This document shows positions 9,345 to 20,126 of a DNA stretch of 64,000 bases, piece after piece. Positions within the stretch are counted from its first letter, which is position 1, and each line of letters opens with the position of its first letter. Source of the stretch: Pseudomonadota bacterium (GTDB lineage: Bacteria > Desulfobacterota > Desulfobulbia > Desulfobulbales > Desulfocapsaceae); NCBI GenBank assembly GCA_030671085.1, contig DAOVAI010000001.1, forward strand, positions 3,633-67,632, read 5' to 3'. The notes under the pieces were generated by a model. The model worked only from the letters and a program-made list of their open reading frames with translations. It was not told the origin of the DNA and searched no databases. The position numbers and the translations under genes were made by a program.

Positions 9345-10325
9345 TCAGGGGGCGTTTCTTTTGCTTCCTGACTTCTTCTCGTAGGCGGCGATGATTTTCT
9401 GTACCAGGGGGTGCCTGACCACATCCTGTTTGGAAAAATTGCAGAAAGTGATCCCATCGATTCCAGACAAGAATTTTTTTGCCTGAATCAGGCCGGATTG
9501 TTGTGTGTGTGGCAGGTCTATCTGGGTGACATCACCGGTGATTACTGCTGAGGAATCGAATCCGATACGAGTCAGGAACATCTTCATCTGTTCCCTGGTG
9601 GTATTCTGGGCCTCATCAAGGATGATAAATGCATCATTCAGGGTTCTGCCCCGCATAAAGGCGAGGGGAGCAATCTCAATGATCCCCTGTTCAAGAAAGT
9701 CTGCACTTTTGTCCGGCCCGAGCATGTCACTCAGGGCATCATAGAGGGGTCTCAGGTAAGGATTGACCTTCTGGGCGAGATCTCCAGGAAGGAATCCAAG
9801 TTTTTCTCCAGCCTCTACTGCAGGCCGGGTGAGGATAATAGACCTTACCTGGCCGGTGATCAATGCGGAAACGGCCATGGCTACAGCCAGGTAAGTCTTT
9901 CCAGTTCCGGCTGGTCCGATTCCAAAGACAATGTCGTTATTGCGGATTGAATCGATATAAAATTTCTGGTTTTGGGTCTTGGGGGAGATGATACGATTCT
10001 GGGCAGTGATGTAGACCTTGTCCAGAAAGATTTTGTCGAGACGACAATTGGGGGCAGTCTCCAGGACACGCAAGCCAAAGGCAAAATCTGAACTATAGAC
10101 CTGAAAGCCTTTGCTGATAAGTCCATAAAACTGTTCAAGGAGATTGGCAGTCAGGTCGATCTCATGTCCGAGGCCGGTAATGTGGACGTCGTTGCCTCGG
10201 ACATGGATTTTTACTCCGATATTTTGTTCAAGCAAGTGGAGATTCTTGTTGAGTTCTCCATAGAGGATGCCCGCCAGATTGTTATCGGGAAAAGATATAT
10301 CCCTGCTCAGTTGTTTGTTTGCCAT
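9345..10325 (-). CDS. phoH: PhoH-family ATPase (YbeZ-like)
   Basis: GPAGTGKT, RPAVEAGEKLGFLPG, LAFMRGRTL, LDEAQN, VVRHPLV; directly upstream of ybeY. Confidence 0.95.
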   Translation of the reverse strand: MANKQLSRDISFPDNNLAGILYGELNKNLHLLEQNIGVKIHVRGNDVHITGLGHEIDLTANLLEQFYGLISKGFQVYSSDFAFGLRVLETAPNCRLDKIFLDKVYITAQNRIISPKTQNQKFYIDSIRNNDIVFGIGPAGTGKTYLAVAMAVSALITGQVRSIILTRPAVEAGEKLGFLPGDLAQKVNPYLRPLYDALSDMLGPDKSADFLEQGIIEIAPLAFMRGRTLNDAFIILDEAQNTTREQMKMFLTRIGFDSSAVITGDVTQIDLPHTQQSGLIQAKKFLSGIDGITFCNFSKQDVVRHPLVQKIIAAYEKKSGSKRNAP

Positions 10326-10331
10326 CTGTCG

Positions 10332-11201
10332 TTAGTTGGTCTTTTTGGCGAGTTCCTGGTCAATTATTTTCTGGATGGCAGGAAGTGAACGGCTTTTCAA
10401 CTTCACACCATTGATAAAAATAGTTGGAGTTCCAGTGACACCTGCTTCCTTAGCATCACGGAGATCTGCGGCAAGTTTTTGCCGAACCTGGGGAGAAGCC
10501 ATATCTTTCTGGAATTTTTTGAAGTCAAGACCGAGTGTTGTGGCAATATCATTAATGGCCTTGGAACTGAGCTTAGGAGTCTCAAAAAGGGCGTCGTGGA
10601 ATTCCCAGTATTTTCCCTGGTTGCCTGCAGCAAGTGCTGCAAGCGCAGCAGGTTTGGCTAACTTATGAAAGTTCAGGGGCATGTTTTTGAGGACGATCTT
10701 TACAGTATCAGGGTTGTGCTCGAGCACCTGCTCGAGTAGCGGCACTGCTTTGCCGCAGTGTGGTCACTCAAAGTCTGTGAAAACAGCAATGGTCACCGGC
10801 GCATTTTCATTCCCGAGAAAAGGCGATCCTGCAGTATTAATATCTACTACAAAACTTACAGAAAGATCCGAGAAGCTTTTCTTTGCCTGATCGATAAGGA
10901 ACAGTCTTTCGCCTCGTGGAGCAATGTCGATGGCTGAGACACCTTTTTCTACTGGAATTGAACCCAGAAGTTCACCAGCTGCTGTGTAAGCAAGAACTTT
11001 ATTCTGATCAGTAAGGATGAAAACTCTTTTCCCATCAAGAGAATAGACGATATCCAAAGGAGTACTGGGAAGCTTCCAATTCTTTTCAACCTGCCACTGA
11101 ATGTTTGATGACCCTTGGGCATCGGCCGCAGCAAAACTCAGAGACGGTGAAAAGGAAAGCAGGAGTAAGGCACAGGCTGTTACGGTCTGTTTGTACTGCA
11201 T
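10332..11201 (-). CDS. Exported DsbA-like thiol-disulfide oxidoreductase, probable selenoprotein (U-P-H-C)
   Basis: The two track ORFs are in the same frame, joined by TGA at 10766-10764: VFTDFE-UGA-PHCGKAVP; C-terminal GVTGTPTIFING; N-terminal signal peptide. Confidence 0.85.
10719..10736 (-). promoter_or_regulatory. Candidate bacterial SECIS hairpin
   Basis: CTCGAGC-AGGT-GCTCGAG; the loop starts 34 nt after the UGA and has G at loop position 2. Confidence 0.6.
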
Positions 11202-11569
11202 TATTTCCTCAAATTTAAAGTGATTGATGAAGTCCGGCGCAGAAGCTTAGCTGATGAAAGTTGTCATCTGGCCAGTCAGTGGAAAATTAAGGGAAGGATT
11301 GGGGTGCAAAAATCCTTTCCAATACAGGGAGGATAATAGTCCGTGTGAAACTGTTTGGCAAGCTGCAAGAGGAAAAATGATTGTATCTTTGGCAAAAACG
11401 ATGGGAAGAGAAAATGAATTTTTTCCCTCTTCAGTCGTAACAGTCTTGACTGGGAGCATGATGTGAATTATTTACTAACAGATTATCAAATTTTCCTTTA
11501 ATGATCTGGTGAAATTTATTCAGCTTTTGCCTGGGATTCATTTGATATTCTGTGTGAACTGTTTGCTAT

Positions 11570-11654
11570 GCGAGGGTGGCGGAATTGGTAGACGCACTGG
11601 TCTTAGGAACCAGCGCCTTTGTGCATGGGGGTTCGAGTCCCCCCTCTCGCACCA
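11570..11654 (+). tRNA. tRNA-Leu(TAG)
   Basis: GCGAGGGTGGCGGAATTGGTAGACGC...CTGGT-CTTAGGA-ACCAG...GGTTCGAGTCC...CTCGCACCA. Confidence 0.97.
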
Positions 11655-11839
11655 GATATTTCTTATATCTTGTATAAACTTAGCTGGTAGAGTTTCAGGC
11701 TGTAAGGAATATGCCTCAAAGGTGGGCGGTCTGTAAGAAATGTTCTTGGGGTGCTGTGCCCGGCAAAAAAAACCTAAGAGTAGTCTGAGAAACGAATTTT
11801 CTAATTAACCGAGTAAGAATCTCAATAAAGGTGGAAACG

Positions 11840-13165
11840 ATGGAAGTAGTTGTTGAAGATGTCAGTGCACTTACAAAAAAAGTAACTATAACTCTGCCCA
11901 AGGATGGTGTTCAGAAAAAATTGGAGAAGGCCTACAACAAGCTGCAGCGTGAGACCAAGATGAAGGGTTTTCGCCGTGGGAAGGTTCCTCGTTCTGTTAT
12001 TATCAAGAATTTTAAGCAACAGGTAGAGGGCGAGATTGGCGAAAAACTCGTTCAGGAAAGTTATTTTGACGCCATTGAAAAAAATAGTATCGATCCTGTT
12101 GTGCATCCTGAAATTTCTGCACCTCTCTTTAAGGAAGATGGGACATTCGAGTTCGTTGCTCATATCGATATCAGGCCTGAATTTGAGCTTGGTGAGTATA
12201 AAGGGATCGAGGTGGAGCAAGTCTCCAGTGAGGTGAGTGATGCCGCAGTAGAGGTTGAGGTCGAAAGTCTTCGTCAGGATATGGCACCGCTTCGTTCGGT
12301 CACAGACAGAGGAATCGAAAATGGTGACGTCGTTGTTGTCGATTTTGAAGGATTCCACAATGGAAAGGGTATGAAAGAGGTCAAGAATGACAACTACTCT
12401 GTGGATGTCGGTTCTGGACGGCTCAGCCCTGAATTTGAAGAGAAGCTGGTGGGAATGAAGGGTGGGGAAGAGGCCAGCCATGAAGTTGATTTTCCTGCCA
12501 AGTATCCCAATCCTGTCCTTGCCGGAAAGAATATTGAGTTCCGGGTCAATGTGAAGGATATCAAAGAGCGCATTCTTCCAGAGCTCAATGATGAGTTCGC
12601 GCAAGACGTGGACAATGAGTTCAAGACCTTTGCCGACTTGCAGGCATCGATTCGTGAGCGTCTGCAGAAGGAGAAAGAGGCACGTGCAGAAGGCGATGTT
12701 ACCGACCGCTTGATGCTGAAACTTTTGGAAAATCATGAGTTCGAGGTTCCTTCCCGACTGGTGCGTTTTGAAGTTGAGGAGATGATCAAAAATACTGAGA
12801 AATCCTTGGAACAGAGCGGTATGGATCTGGAATCCGCCGGGCTCAATCGTGAGGATCTTGCAGAGAAGAATAAGGAAACAGCAGAGAAACGGGTACGCGG
12901 CGACTTTATCTTGAAAAAAATAGCGGAAGTCGAAGAGATCAAGGTCAGTGACGAAGATATGGACCGCGCCTTCAAGCGTATCGGTGATCAGTATAATATG
13001 CCCATTGCTCAGGTGAAGGAATTTTTTCAGAGCCGGGATGATCTGCTTCCATTTATGAATGAGATATTAAATGAGAAGATCCTCACCTTCCTTCGCGAAA
13101 ATGCCAAGTTTGTAGAGGCATCTCCTGCGGCCGAGGAAGAAAAGACTGAAGAGAGTACAGATTGA
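11840..13165 (+). CDS. tig: Trigger factor
   Basis: KGFRRGKVP ribosome-binding motif, FKBP-like core, synteny with clpPX. Confidence 0.96.
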   Translation: MEVVVEDVSALTKKVTITLPKDGVQKKLEKAYNKLQRETKMKGFRRGKVPRSVIIKNFKQQVEGEIGEKLVQESYFDAIEKNSIDPVVHPEISAPLFKEDGTFEFVAHIDIRPEFELGEYKGIEVEQVSSEVSDAAVEVEVESLRQDMAPLRSVTDRGIENGDVVVVDFEGFHNGKGMKEVKNDNYSVDVGSGRLSPEFEEKLVGMKGGEEASHEVDFPAKYPNPVLAGKNIEFRVNVKDIKERILPELNDEFAQDVDNEFKTFADLQASIRERLQKEKEARAEGDVTDRLMLKLLENHEFEVPSRLVRFEVEEMIKNTEKSLEQSGMDLESAGLNREDLAEKNKETAEKRVRGDFILKKIAEVEEIKVSDEDMDRAFKRIGDQYNMPIAQVKEFFQSRDDLLPFMNEILNEKILTFLRENAKFVEASPAAEEEKTEESTD

Positions 13166-13303
13166 TAGCAGGTCTGTGCTTTTTGCCGGTATTACGAAAA
13201 AAACAAGATCGGCAAGGGAACTTGTCTGATTTGAAGGTGTAATTGTAACGACTGCAGCTGTCCGCCAGGCCTCTGCAGTCGTACTCGTTTAAGGAGAAGA
13301 AAT

Positions 13304-13906
13304 ATGAACCTTGTACCAATGGTTGTTGAGCAAAGTCCCCGTGGGGAGCGAGCTTTTGATATATACTCCAGGCTGCTGAGAGAACGGATCATTTTTTTAG
13401 GTACCTCGGTGGGCGATGAAGTGGCCAGCTCTATTATTGCCCAGCTTCTTTTCCTCGAGGCAGAGGATCCTGATAAGGATATCACCTTCTACATCAATTC
13501 TCCCGGTGGATCAGTAACGGCAGGACTTGCCATTTACGACACCATGCAATATGTGAAATGTGATATTGCAACGTTGTGCATGGGGCAGGCTGCATCCATG
13601 GGGGCATTGCTGCTTGCTGCCGGTACCAGCGGCAAACGATATTCCCTGCCTAATTCCAGGGTCATGATTCATCAGCCCATGGGAGGATTTCAGGGACAGG
13701 CCACTGAGATTGATATTCATGCCAAAGAAATTCTGCGCATGCGTGATGACTTGAACAGGATTTTGGCCTTTCATACCGGCCATACAAAGAAAAAGATCCA
13801 GTCTGATACTGACAGGGATAATTTCATGAGTCCGACAGAGGCCAAAAAATATGGTATAATAGATAAGGTCTTGGCCAAACGAGTTGATCCTGTAGAGGAA
13901 GATTGA
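13304..13906 (+). CDS. clpP: Clp protease proteolytic subunit
   Basis: [28 protein letters not shown]. Confidence 0.98.
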   Translation: MNLVPMVVEQSPRGERAFDIYSRLLRERIIFLGTSVGDEVASSIIAQLLFLEAEDPDKDITFYINSPGGSVTAGLAIYDTMQYVKCDIATLCMGQAASMGALLLAAGTSGKRYSLPNSRVMIHQPMGGFQGQATEIDIHAKEILRMRDDLNRILAFHTGHTKKKIQSDTDRDNFMSPTEAKKYGIIDKVLAKRVDPVEED

Positions 13907-13907
13907 A

Positions 13908-15179
13908 ATGGATGATTTTGAAAATAGAGAAAACAGTTCCCATTGTTCTTTTTGCGGAAAGGGCCAGGATGAGGTGTCTAAACTCATAGCCGGCCCTGAA
14001 GTCTACATCTGTGACGAATGCATAGACCTCTGTAATGAGATCGTCAAAGACGAGGATATCTCAGAGGTTGCAGACGGGGAGGAGATGAAGGCCGGTGCCC
14101 TCAAACCCATGGAGATTAAAGACCATCTCGATGAATATGTTATCGGTCAGGAATTTGCCAAAAAGATCCTTTCCGTAGCAGTACATAACCATTACAAACG
14201 GATCGAAGCGCCAATATCTGACGATGCAGTGGAACTGCAGAAAGCCAATATCATTCTAATCGGCCCCACCGGAAGTGGAAAAACGCTGGTGGCGCAGACC
14301 CTGGCCAGGATCCTTAATGTTCCTTTTTGTATGGCAGATGCCACTACACTTACCGAGGCCGGTTATGTGGGGGATGATGTGGAAAATATCCTGGTTAATC
14401 TCCTCCAGGCCGCTGACTATGACATTGACCGTGCTCAACATGGTATAATCTATATCGATGAGATTGATAAGATTGCCAGAAAATCCGACAGCCCATCACT
14501 CACCCGTGATGTTTCCGGGGAAGGGGTGCAGCAGGCATTGCTGAAGATTATCGAAGGAACTGTGGCTTCCATACCTCCCAAGGGAGGGCGTAAACATCCA
14601 CAGCAGGAACTGGTGAAGATCGACACCACTAATATCCTCTTTATCTGTGGAGGCGCCTTTGTCGGCCTGGAGACAGTGGTCAAGAGACGCAAGGGAACAA
14701 AATCCATGGGCTTTGGTGCCAAAGTCGTCAGTGACAAGAAGATGAATGTCGGAGAGCTTCTGGAGTTAGTCCAGCCCGAAGATCTTCTCAAGTTCGGACT
14801 TATCCCGGAGCTGGTTGGCCGTCTTCCTGTCATAGCCACCATGCAGGAGTTGGTGGAAGATGACCTGGTTCGTATTCTTACAGAACCGAAGAATGCCCTG
14901 ACCAAGCAGTATGAGAGACTCTTTGAATTTGAAGATATTCGCCTTCGTTTCACAGAAGGGGCCCTCACTGCCATTGCCAAGAAGGCCTTGAGTCGTAAAT
15001 CAGGTGCACGAGGTCTCCGCTCGGTGATGGAAGCAGCCATGCTGGATGTGATGTACGAACTGCCCTCCCAGGAAAACGTGCAGGAGTGTGTTATCAGCGA
15101 ACAAGTGATCAACAATGGTGATTACCCGGTCATTCTGTACGAGAAAAATTCTGATGGTAAACGCCTCGAAAGTGCATAA
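13908..15179 (+). CDS. clpX: Clp protease ATP-binding subunit
   Basis: CSFCGK...ICDEC zinc domain, [30 protein letters not shown]. Confidence 0.98.
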   Translation: MDDFENRENSSHCSFCGKGQDEVSKLIAGPEVYICDECIDLCNEIVKDEDISEVADGEEMKAGALKPMEIKDHLDEYVIGQEFAKKILSVAVHNHYKRIEAPISDDAVELQKANIILIGPTGSGKTLVAQTLARILNVPFCMADATTLTEAGYVGDDVENILVNLLQAADYDIDRAQHGIIYIDEIDKIARKSDSPSLTRDVSGEGVQQALLKIIEGTVASIPPKGGRKHPQQELVKIDTTNILFICGGAFVGLETVVKRRKGTKSMGFGAKVVSDKKMNVGELLELVQPEDLLKFGLIPELVGRLPVIATMQELVEDDLVRILTEPKNALTKQYERLFEFEDIRLRFTEGALTAIAKKALSRKSGARGLRSVMEAAMLDVMYELPSQENVQECVISEQVINNGDYPVILYEKNSDGKRLESA

Positions 15180-15404
15180 CTTAATAATTTGTACAGGCAG
15201 CAGCGTTTACGCAGGCTGGGGAGCACCGGCTGGCATAAAAGATAGCGAAATCCAATACTTTTGAGTTTGTTGTATTGTTTTGAGGTGGAACAGGAAGCAC
15301 TTCGGAGTTCGATATTCTGTTTTTACTTGTTACGAAATTGTCAGGTAATACCATTGACCCTTAAGGATTAATTTACTCACATTTTAATAAAATATTAAGT
15401 CAAT

Positions 15405-17801
15405 ATGAATACCAGCCTATACCCACTCATGTCCCTTCGTGACATCGTAGTTTTTCCCCATATGGTAGCTCCTTTAGTTGTGGGAAGGAGTAAGTCTATC
15501 CATGCCCTGGAAGATGCCATGGAAAAACGAACCGAGATCTTTCTTGTGGCCCAGCAGGACTCCAGGATTGATGATCCCGAAGAAAGTGAGATCTACAGGG
15601 TTGGTACCCTGGCCGTGGTCATGCAGCTCCTCCGTCTGCCCGATGGTACGATTAAGGCATTGGTGGAAGGAAAGAGAAGGGCAGAGGTGGTATCGTTTTT
15701 GCCTCACGAGCAATTTATGCAGGCTGAGGTCCGTATTCGTGAAAATAGTGATGAGAACACAAGCGAAAGTGTTGTCTTTGTCCGTCAGCTGCTGGAGAAG
15801 TTTCAGGAGTTTGCCGGCCTCAATCGAAAGATACCGCGTGAGGTGCTCAAATCGATCAAGACCATCGAGGACAATGGAAAACTAGTCGATGTAGTCAGCG
15901 CCCATCTCCCGTTGCAATCAGGGGAAAAACAGACCATTCTTGAGATTGACTCTCTTCCGCAGAGGATCGAAAAACTCCTTGAGTATATCAACCGTGAGCT
16001 TGAACTGGCCGAACTGGAAAAGGACATCAACGCCAGGGTGAAAAAGCGTATGACTAAGACCCAGCGCAACTATTTCCTGGGAGAGAAGGTCAAGGAGATC
16101 CAGACTGAAATAGGCCAGAACGAGGACGGGCTGGATGAGATCGGTGAACTGGAAGAGTCCATCAAAAAGAAAAAACTCCCTGCACTCGCCCGCGACCTTG
16201 CAGCAAAAGAGTTGAAAAAACTCCGCAATATGCCTCCCATGTCCGCCGAGACCACAGTTGTCCGCAACTATATTGACTGTATTCTTGCCCTTCCCTGGAA
16301 GAAAAAGAGCAGAGGGCATCTGGATATCAACAAGGCGGAGAAGATTCTCAACGAAGATCATTACGGCCTGGAAAAACCCAAGGAGAGGATACTTGAATAT
16401 CTGGCCGTGCAGGCTCAGGTGAAAAAATTGCATGGGCCGATTCTCTGCCTTGTAGGTCCTCCAGGTGTCGGTAAAACCTCCATCAGTCGTTCTGTTGCCA
16501 GGGCCATGGGACGTAAGTTTGTCCGACTGTCCCTGGGCGGTGTACGTGATGAGGCGGAAATAAGAGGCCATCGGCGTACATACGTGGGTGCCATGCCTGG
16601 AAAGATTATCCAGTCCATGCAGAGGGCCGGGGTTGCCAATCCTGTATTTTGCCTGGATGAGGTGGACAAGATGAGCACAGATTTTCGCGGTGACCCATCT
16701 TCTGCGCTGCTTGAAGTCCTGGATCCGGAACAGAATAACACCTTTAACGACCACTATCTGGATCTTGACTATGACCTGTCCGAGGTGTTTTTCATCACTA
16801 CTGCCAATAACCTTGAGGGCATTCCTCTGCCTCTACAGGACAGGATGGAGATCATCCGCCTGAACGGATATACTGAGGACGAGAAAAAGAATATTGCCGA
16901 AGGGTATCTTATTCCCAAACAGTTGAAGGCCAATGGCTTCAAGCCCGAAGACATTAAAATGACAGACGGTGGAGTCCTTGAAATCATACGTCGCTATACT
17001 AGAGAGGCTGGAGTAAGGAGTTTTGAGCGAACGATTGCTTCGATCTGCAGAAAGGTTGCCAGGGACCGATTGAAAAGAAAAACACCAGACAAGAAATATA
17101 AGATTACTGCTCAGTCAGTATTGAAATATCTGGGCACACCCACGTACCGGTATGGGCTTGCTGAGGAACGTGATAAGGTCGGTCTGACCACAGGCCTTGC
17201 CTGGACCTCTGTGGGTGGTGAATTGTTACAGATCGAGGCCGCCCTCATGCCCGGTACTGGCAAGATGATCGTCACCGGAAAGCTTGGCGATGTCATGCAG
17301 GAGTCTGCCCAGGCCGCTCTCACCTATGTCCGCTCCAGAGCCATGCTCCTTGGGATGGACCCGGATTTTTATCAGAAGGTGGATATCCATGTGCATGTAC
17401 CCGAAGGGGCAATTCCTAAGGATGGTCCTTCAGCCGGCATCACCATCGCCACCACCCTGGTCTCCGCCATTCTCAAGCTGCCGGTGAGGCACGAGCTGGC
17501 TATGACTGGGGAGATTACCCTGCGTGGACGGGTGCTGCCCATTGGCGGACTGACTGAAAAATTGCTGGCAGCCAAGAGGGGTAATATTCGAGAAGTGATT
17601 ATCCCCAAGGAAAATGAACGGAATCTCGCAGATGTGCCTCTCAAGATTCGCAAGAGTCTGGTCATTCACTGTATGGAAAATGTGGATGAAGTATTGGAAA
17701 AAGCACTGGTGGTGAAAGAGGGAGAAACCCTGTTTAAAGATGCATCGTTGTCTACTGTATACGGGGATTTCACAGTCTCTTCACATAATACTCCACACTG
17801 A
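15405..17801 (+). CDS. lon: Lon protease
   Basis: [33 protein letters not shown]. Confidence 0.98.
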   Translation: MNTSLYPLMSLRDIVVFPHMVAPLVVGRSKSIHALEDAMEKRTEIFLVAQQDSRIDDPEESEIYRVGTLAVVMQLLRLPDGTIKALVEGKRRAEVVSFLPHEQFMQAEVRIRENSDENTSESVVFVRQLLEKFQEFAGLNRKIPREVLKSIKTIEDNGKLVDVVSAHLPLQSGEKQTILEIDSLPQRIEKLLEYINRELELAELEKDINARVKKRMTKTQRNYFLGEKVKEIQTEIGQNEDGLDEIGELEESIKKKKLPALARDLAAKELKKLRNMPPMSAETTVVRNYIDCILALPWKKKSRGHLDINKAEKILNEDHYGLEKPKERILEYLAVQAQVKKLHGPILCLVGPPGVGKTSISRSVARAMGRKFVRLSLGGVRDEAEIRGHRRTYVGAMPGKIIQSMQRAGVANPVFCLDEVDKMSTDFRGDPSSALLEVLDPEQNNTFNDHYLDLDYDLSEVFFITTANNLEGIPLPLQDRMEIIRLNGYTEDEKKNIAEGYLIPKQLKANGFKPEDIKMTDGGVLEIIRRYTREAGVRSFERTIASICRKVARDRLKRKTPDKKYKITAQSVLKYLGTPTYRYGLAEERDKVGLTTGLAWTSVGGELLQIEAALMPGTGKMIVTGKLGDVMQESAQAALTYVRSRAMLLGMDPDFYQKVDIHVHVPEGAIPKDGPSAGITIATTLVSAILKLPVRHELAMTGEITLRGRVLPIGGLTEKLLAAKRGNIREVIIPKENERNLADVPLKIRKSLVIHCMENVDEVLEKALVVKEGETLFKDASLSTVYGDFTVSSHNTPH

Positions 17802-17810
17802 CTTTTTTGC

Positions 17811-17839
17811 TTGACGGTTTTTGGGCTTCCTGTTAAAAA
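17811..17839 (+). promoter_or_regulatory. Candidate sigma70 promoter for the tRNA pair
   Basis: TTGACG-17 nt (ending TGT)-TAAAAA, 21 nt before tRNA-Val. Confidence 0.5.
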
Positions 17840-17860
17840 GATGTCCACAATTGATTGAGG

Positions 17861-17936
17861 GGGCGGTTAGCTCAGCTGGGAGAGCATCGGCCTTACAAGC
17901 CGAGGGTCACAGGTTCGATCCCTGTACCGCCCACCA
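17861..17936 (+). tRNA. tRNA-Val(TAC)
   Basis: GGGCGGTTAGCTCAG...TCGGC-CTTACAA-GCCGA...GGTTCGATCC...CCGCCCACCA. Confidence 0.97.
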
Positions 17937-17952
17937 TTCAATTTATCCATAG

Positions 17953-18029
17953 GGAGCGGTAGTTCAGCTGGTTAGAATACTGGCCTGTCACGCCAGGGGT
18001 CGCGGGTTCGAATCCCGTCCGCTCCGCCA
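17953..18029 (+). tRNA. tRNA-Asp(GTC)
   Basis: GGAGCGGTAGTTCAG...CTGGC-CTGTCAC-GCCAG...GGTTCGAATCC...CGCTCCGCCA. Confidence 0.97.
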
Positions 18030-18037
18030 TAAAATAC

Positions 18038-18071
18038 AAGGGTTTAGCCGCTAAGGCTAAACCCTTTTTTT
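18038..18071 (+). terminator. Intrinsic terminator after the tRNAs
   Basis: AAGGGTTTAGCC-GCTAA-GGCTAAACCCTT followed by a T run. Confidence 0.85.
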
Positions 18072-18269
18072 GTTGTTGCCGGGTCGAGAAGTGACTCTTT
18101 CTTTTTTTACCAGTTCGTGTCGTGGTCTCTGTTTCATGTGAGCTGCGTTTGACCCTGCTCTACACTCTCAATCTTTGAGAAAGGAAAAAGTGTGATCCAT
18201 CACATCTGGAGAAAACTGTTTTATTGGAAAAATGTATAACCGGACAGGCATCCTGTAAGGGGTACACTT

Positions 18270-18800
18270 ATGCACAAAGAAAATAAAAAAAGCGGCAGGA
18301 TATGTACTGCTGCTGTACGTTATCTCGCTGTTGTCCTGTTCGTTTTTTGTGTTGTAACAACGGGAAAGGCTGGTGATCATCTTCAGGCGACAGTGGTAAA
18401 GGTCGTGGATGGAGACACTATTCAGGTTCGGTACAATGGAAGGTCCATGCGAGTGAGGCTCTGGGGAATTGATACCCCTGAGTGGAGCCAGCCTTTTTCA
18501 CAGGTTGCTAAAAAGTATACGGCAAAGTTAGTTGAAAATACAGAGGTAGAACTGGAAGAAAAAGACTGGGATGATTACGGTCGCCTCGTGGCAATCGTTA
18601 CAACCGAGAAGAAACAGTGTTTGAATGAAGAATTGTTGAGAGCAGGGCTGGCCTGGGTTCACATCTACTACTGCAAAGAAGCACGATGTGATTCATGGTA
18701 TGCACTGGAGCGTAAAGCACGAAAAAAAAGATTCGGTCTCTGGCAGGATACGTCACCGATACCTCCCTGGGTCTGGAAACGAAAGAAACAGCGTTACTGA
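18270..18800 (+). CDS. Thermonuclease (SNase) family protein with N-terminal signal/anchor
   Basis: VVDGDTI, VRLWGIDTPE, DDYGRLVA, GLAW, ARKKRFGLW. Confidence 0.92.
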   Translation: MHKENKKSGRICTAAVRYLAVVLFVFCVVTTGKAGDHLQATVVKVVDGDTIQVRYNGRSMRVRLWGIDTPEWSQPFSQVAKKYTAKLVENTEVELEEKDWDDYGRLVAIVTTEKKQCLNEELLRAGLAWVHIYYCKEARCDSWYALERKARKKRFGLWQDTSPIPPWVWKRKKQRY

Positions 18801-18913
18801 GTTCAAGATTCAGATATCTCGTCGTTGGAAAAAAGAAACCTCCAGTTCACCGAATTTGTATCTGGGGAACCGGAGGTTGGAGGGGAGGGGATGCTGATTG
18901 TTTTGGTCTGCAG

Positions 18914-19213
18914 TTATTTGCCTGCCGTGACCTTGTCGGGAGCCTTGTTAACGTATTTAAAAAAGACCGGGAAGGCGACAAAGAAGGAAACGCAGATCAG
19001 GTATTCGATGCCCTTTATATGGGTGTAATAATCAACCAGGGTGTGCAGTGGTTTGATCATACCGATAGCGGTCATGTATTGGCTTGCCAGTGTACTTACA
19101 GACCAGTTTGCTTGGTAGAGGGCTCCTGTTAATGCTGCCGCTACCCAGAGACACATCATTGAACCTACTACCAAGATAACCCTGCTTGCTGTTTTTGAAG
19201 TCTTGTCTGCCAT
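18914..19213 (-). CDS. Small membrane protein: divergent peptide-family unit fused to an HmcD-like helix
   Basis: AAGGAG RBS before ATG 19213; VGSMMCLWVAAAL...YMTAIG followed by HTLVDYYTHIKGIEYLICVSFFVAFPVFFKYV. Confidence 0.75.
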   Translation of the reverse strand: MADKTSKTASRVILVVGSMMCLWVAAALTGALYQANWSVSTLASQYMTAIGMIKPLHTLVDYYTHIKGIEYLICVSFFVAFPVFFKYVNKAPDKVTAGK

Positions 19214-19250
19214 GCTCTTCTCCTTACCTGTTGTCATTATATAAATTGTA

Positions 19251-19445
19251 TCAGCCGATTAATGCGGTGAAGTAGTTTTTCAGTAAATTCAAAGGCCCAG
19301 AGCCGATCAAGGCGCTGGCGATACATGCTGCTCCCCAGAGACCAACGAGGGCAGCCATGACAATTCCTACACCGAGTACGAATGTAGAGGTTTCGTATCC
19401 AACTTCGGCCTGCTTTCTGGTTTTTGTTTGTGTGTCAGTAGTCAT
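19251..19445 (-). CDS. Small membrane peptide, GxWxxxC family
   Basis: VGLWGAACIASAL...GPLNLLKNYFTALIG; GGGGA RBS; paralogous to six other ORFs in the window. Confidence 0.85.
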   Translation of the reverse strand: MTTDTQTKTRKQAEVGYETSTFVLGVGIVMAALVGLWGAACIASALIGSGPLNLLKNYFTALIG

Positions 19446-19492
19446 GGTATTCCCCCGGTATCTCTTTTAAAGAGAGCTTTTTCTTTCACGTA

Positions 19493-19693
19493 TCAGTTTC
19501 CAGTGATAGCGGTGAACAATCCTTTAAAAACTTCCCCAGATCCGTTGTTGAGCATTACGCTGGCCATGCAGGTAACTGCCCATATTCCGACCATAATCGC
19601 TGCTGCTATTCCTACACCGAGTGTGAATTTGGTAGTTTCATCTATAACATCGACCTGATTATCTATGAGTTCTGTTTGTGTTTTGCCAGTCAT
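19493..19693 (-). CDS. Small membrane peptide, GxWxxxC family
   Basis: VGIWAVTCMASV...FKGLFTAITGN; AAGGAG RBS; sigma54 promoter upstream. Confidence 0.85.
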   Translation of the reverse strand: MTGKTQTELIDNQVDVIDETTKFTLGVGIAAAIMVGIWAVTCMASVMLNNGSGEVFKGLFTAITGN

Positions 19694-19750
19694 GACATTC
19701 TCCTTATCCTTCTGATTTTGTGATTTTTTTTGTTTTTCTGTGTTTTGTAT

Positions 19751-19766
19751 TGCATCAAGGATGCCA
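19751..19766 (-). promoter_or_regulatory. sigma54 -24/-12 promoter
   Basis: TGGCATCCTTGATGCA (GG-N10-GC). Confidence 0.8.
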
Positions 19767-20126
19767 GTTAGTCATTTTTTGTAGGAACCATTCTCTTGTT
19801 CTGTATCTATTCGATATCACTTATATTTGAAACATGCTGCAGCTGTCTTGTATTGCAGCACTTTCCCTGAATGAAAGTGTGACGTGATCAAATGCGTTGC
19901 AACTGGTGAAAAAAGTGTCGGATGTTTCAACTAAAGTGTTGCAGCCTTTTGCAGATAGGCGAAACATCGTGAGGGGAACTGGAACAGGAAGGCGCTGCGA
20001 AAAGGGGATCTTCTGTGGAGAACCTTTGGCAGAAAGAGGAGGGTATACGTGAAAGGGTAGGCAAAAAGATTGAGATTCAGAAAGGGGTGTTGCTCTTGTT
20101 ACAGCGAAAAATGAGGTGTGCTTGGC

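Noticed and set aside
10332-11201. Two separate genes or a nonsense pseudogene
   Set aside because: Same frame, TGA exactly at the catalytic Cys position, SECIS-like hairpin downstream.
11822-16754. Long antisense ORFs (11822-12736, 14450-15115, 15918-16754) and similar shadows elsewhere
   Set aside because: They lie opposite well-supported genes and carry no motifs.
19251-19693. Peptides as type IV pilins or lipoproteins
   Set aside because: No G/FTLIE prepilin motif; the Cys lies about 40 residues in after a long polar N-terminus, without a typical lipobox signal.
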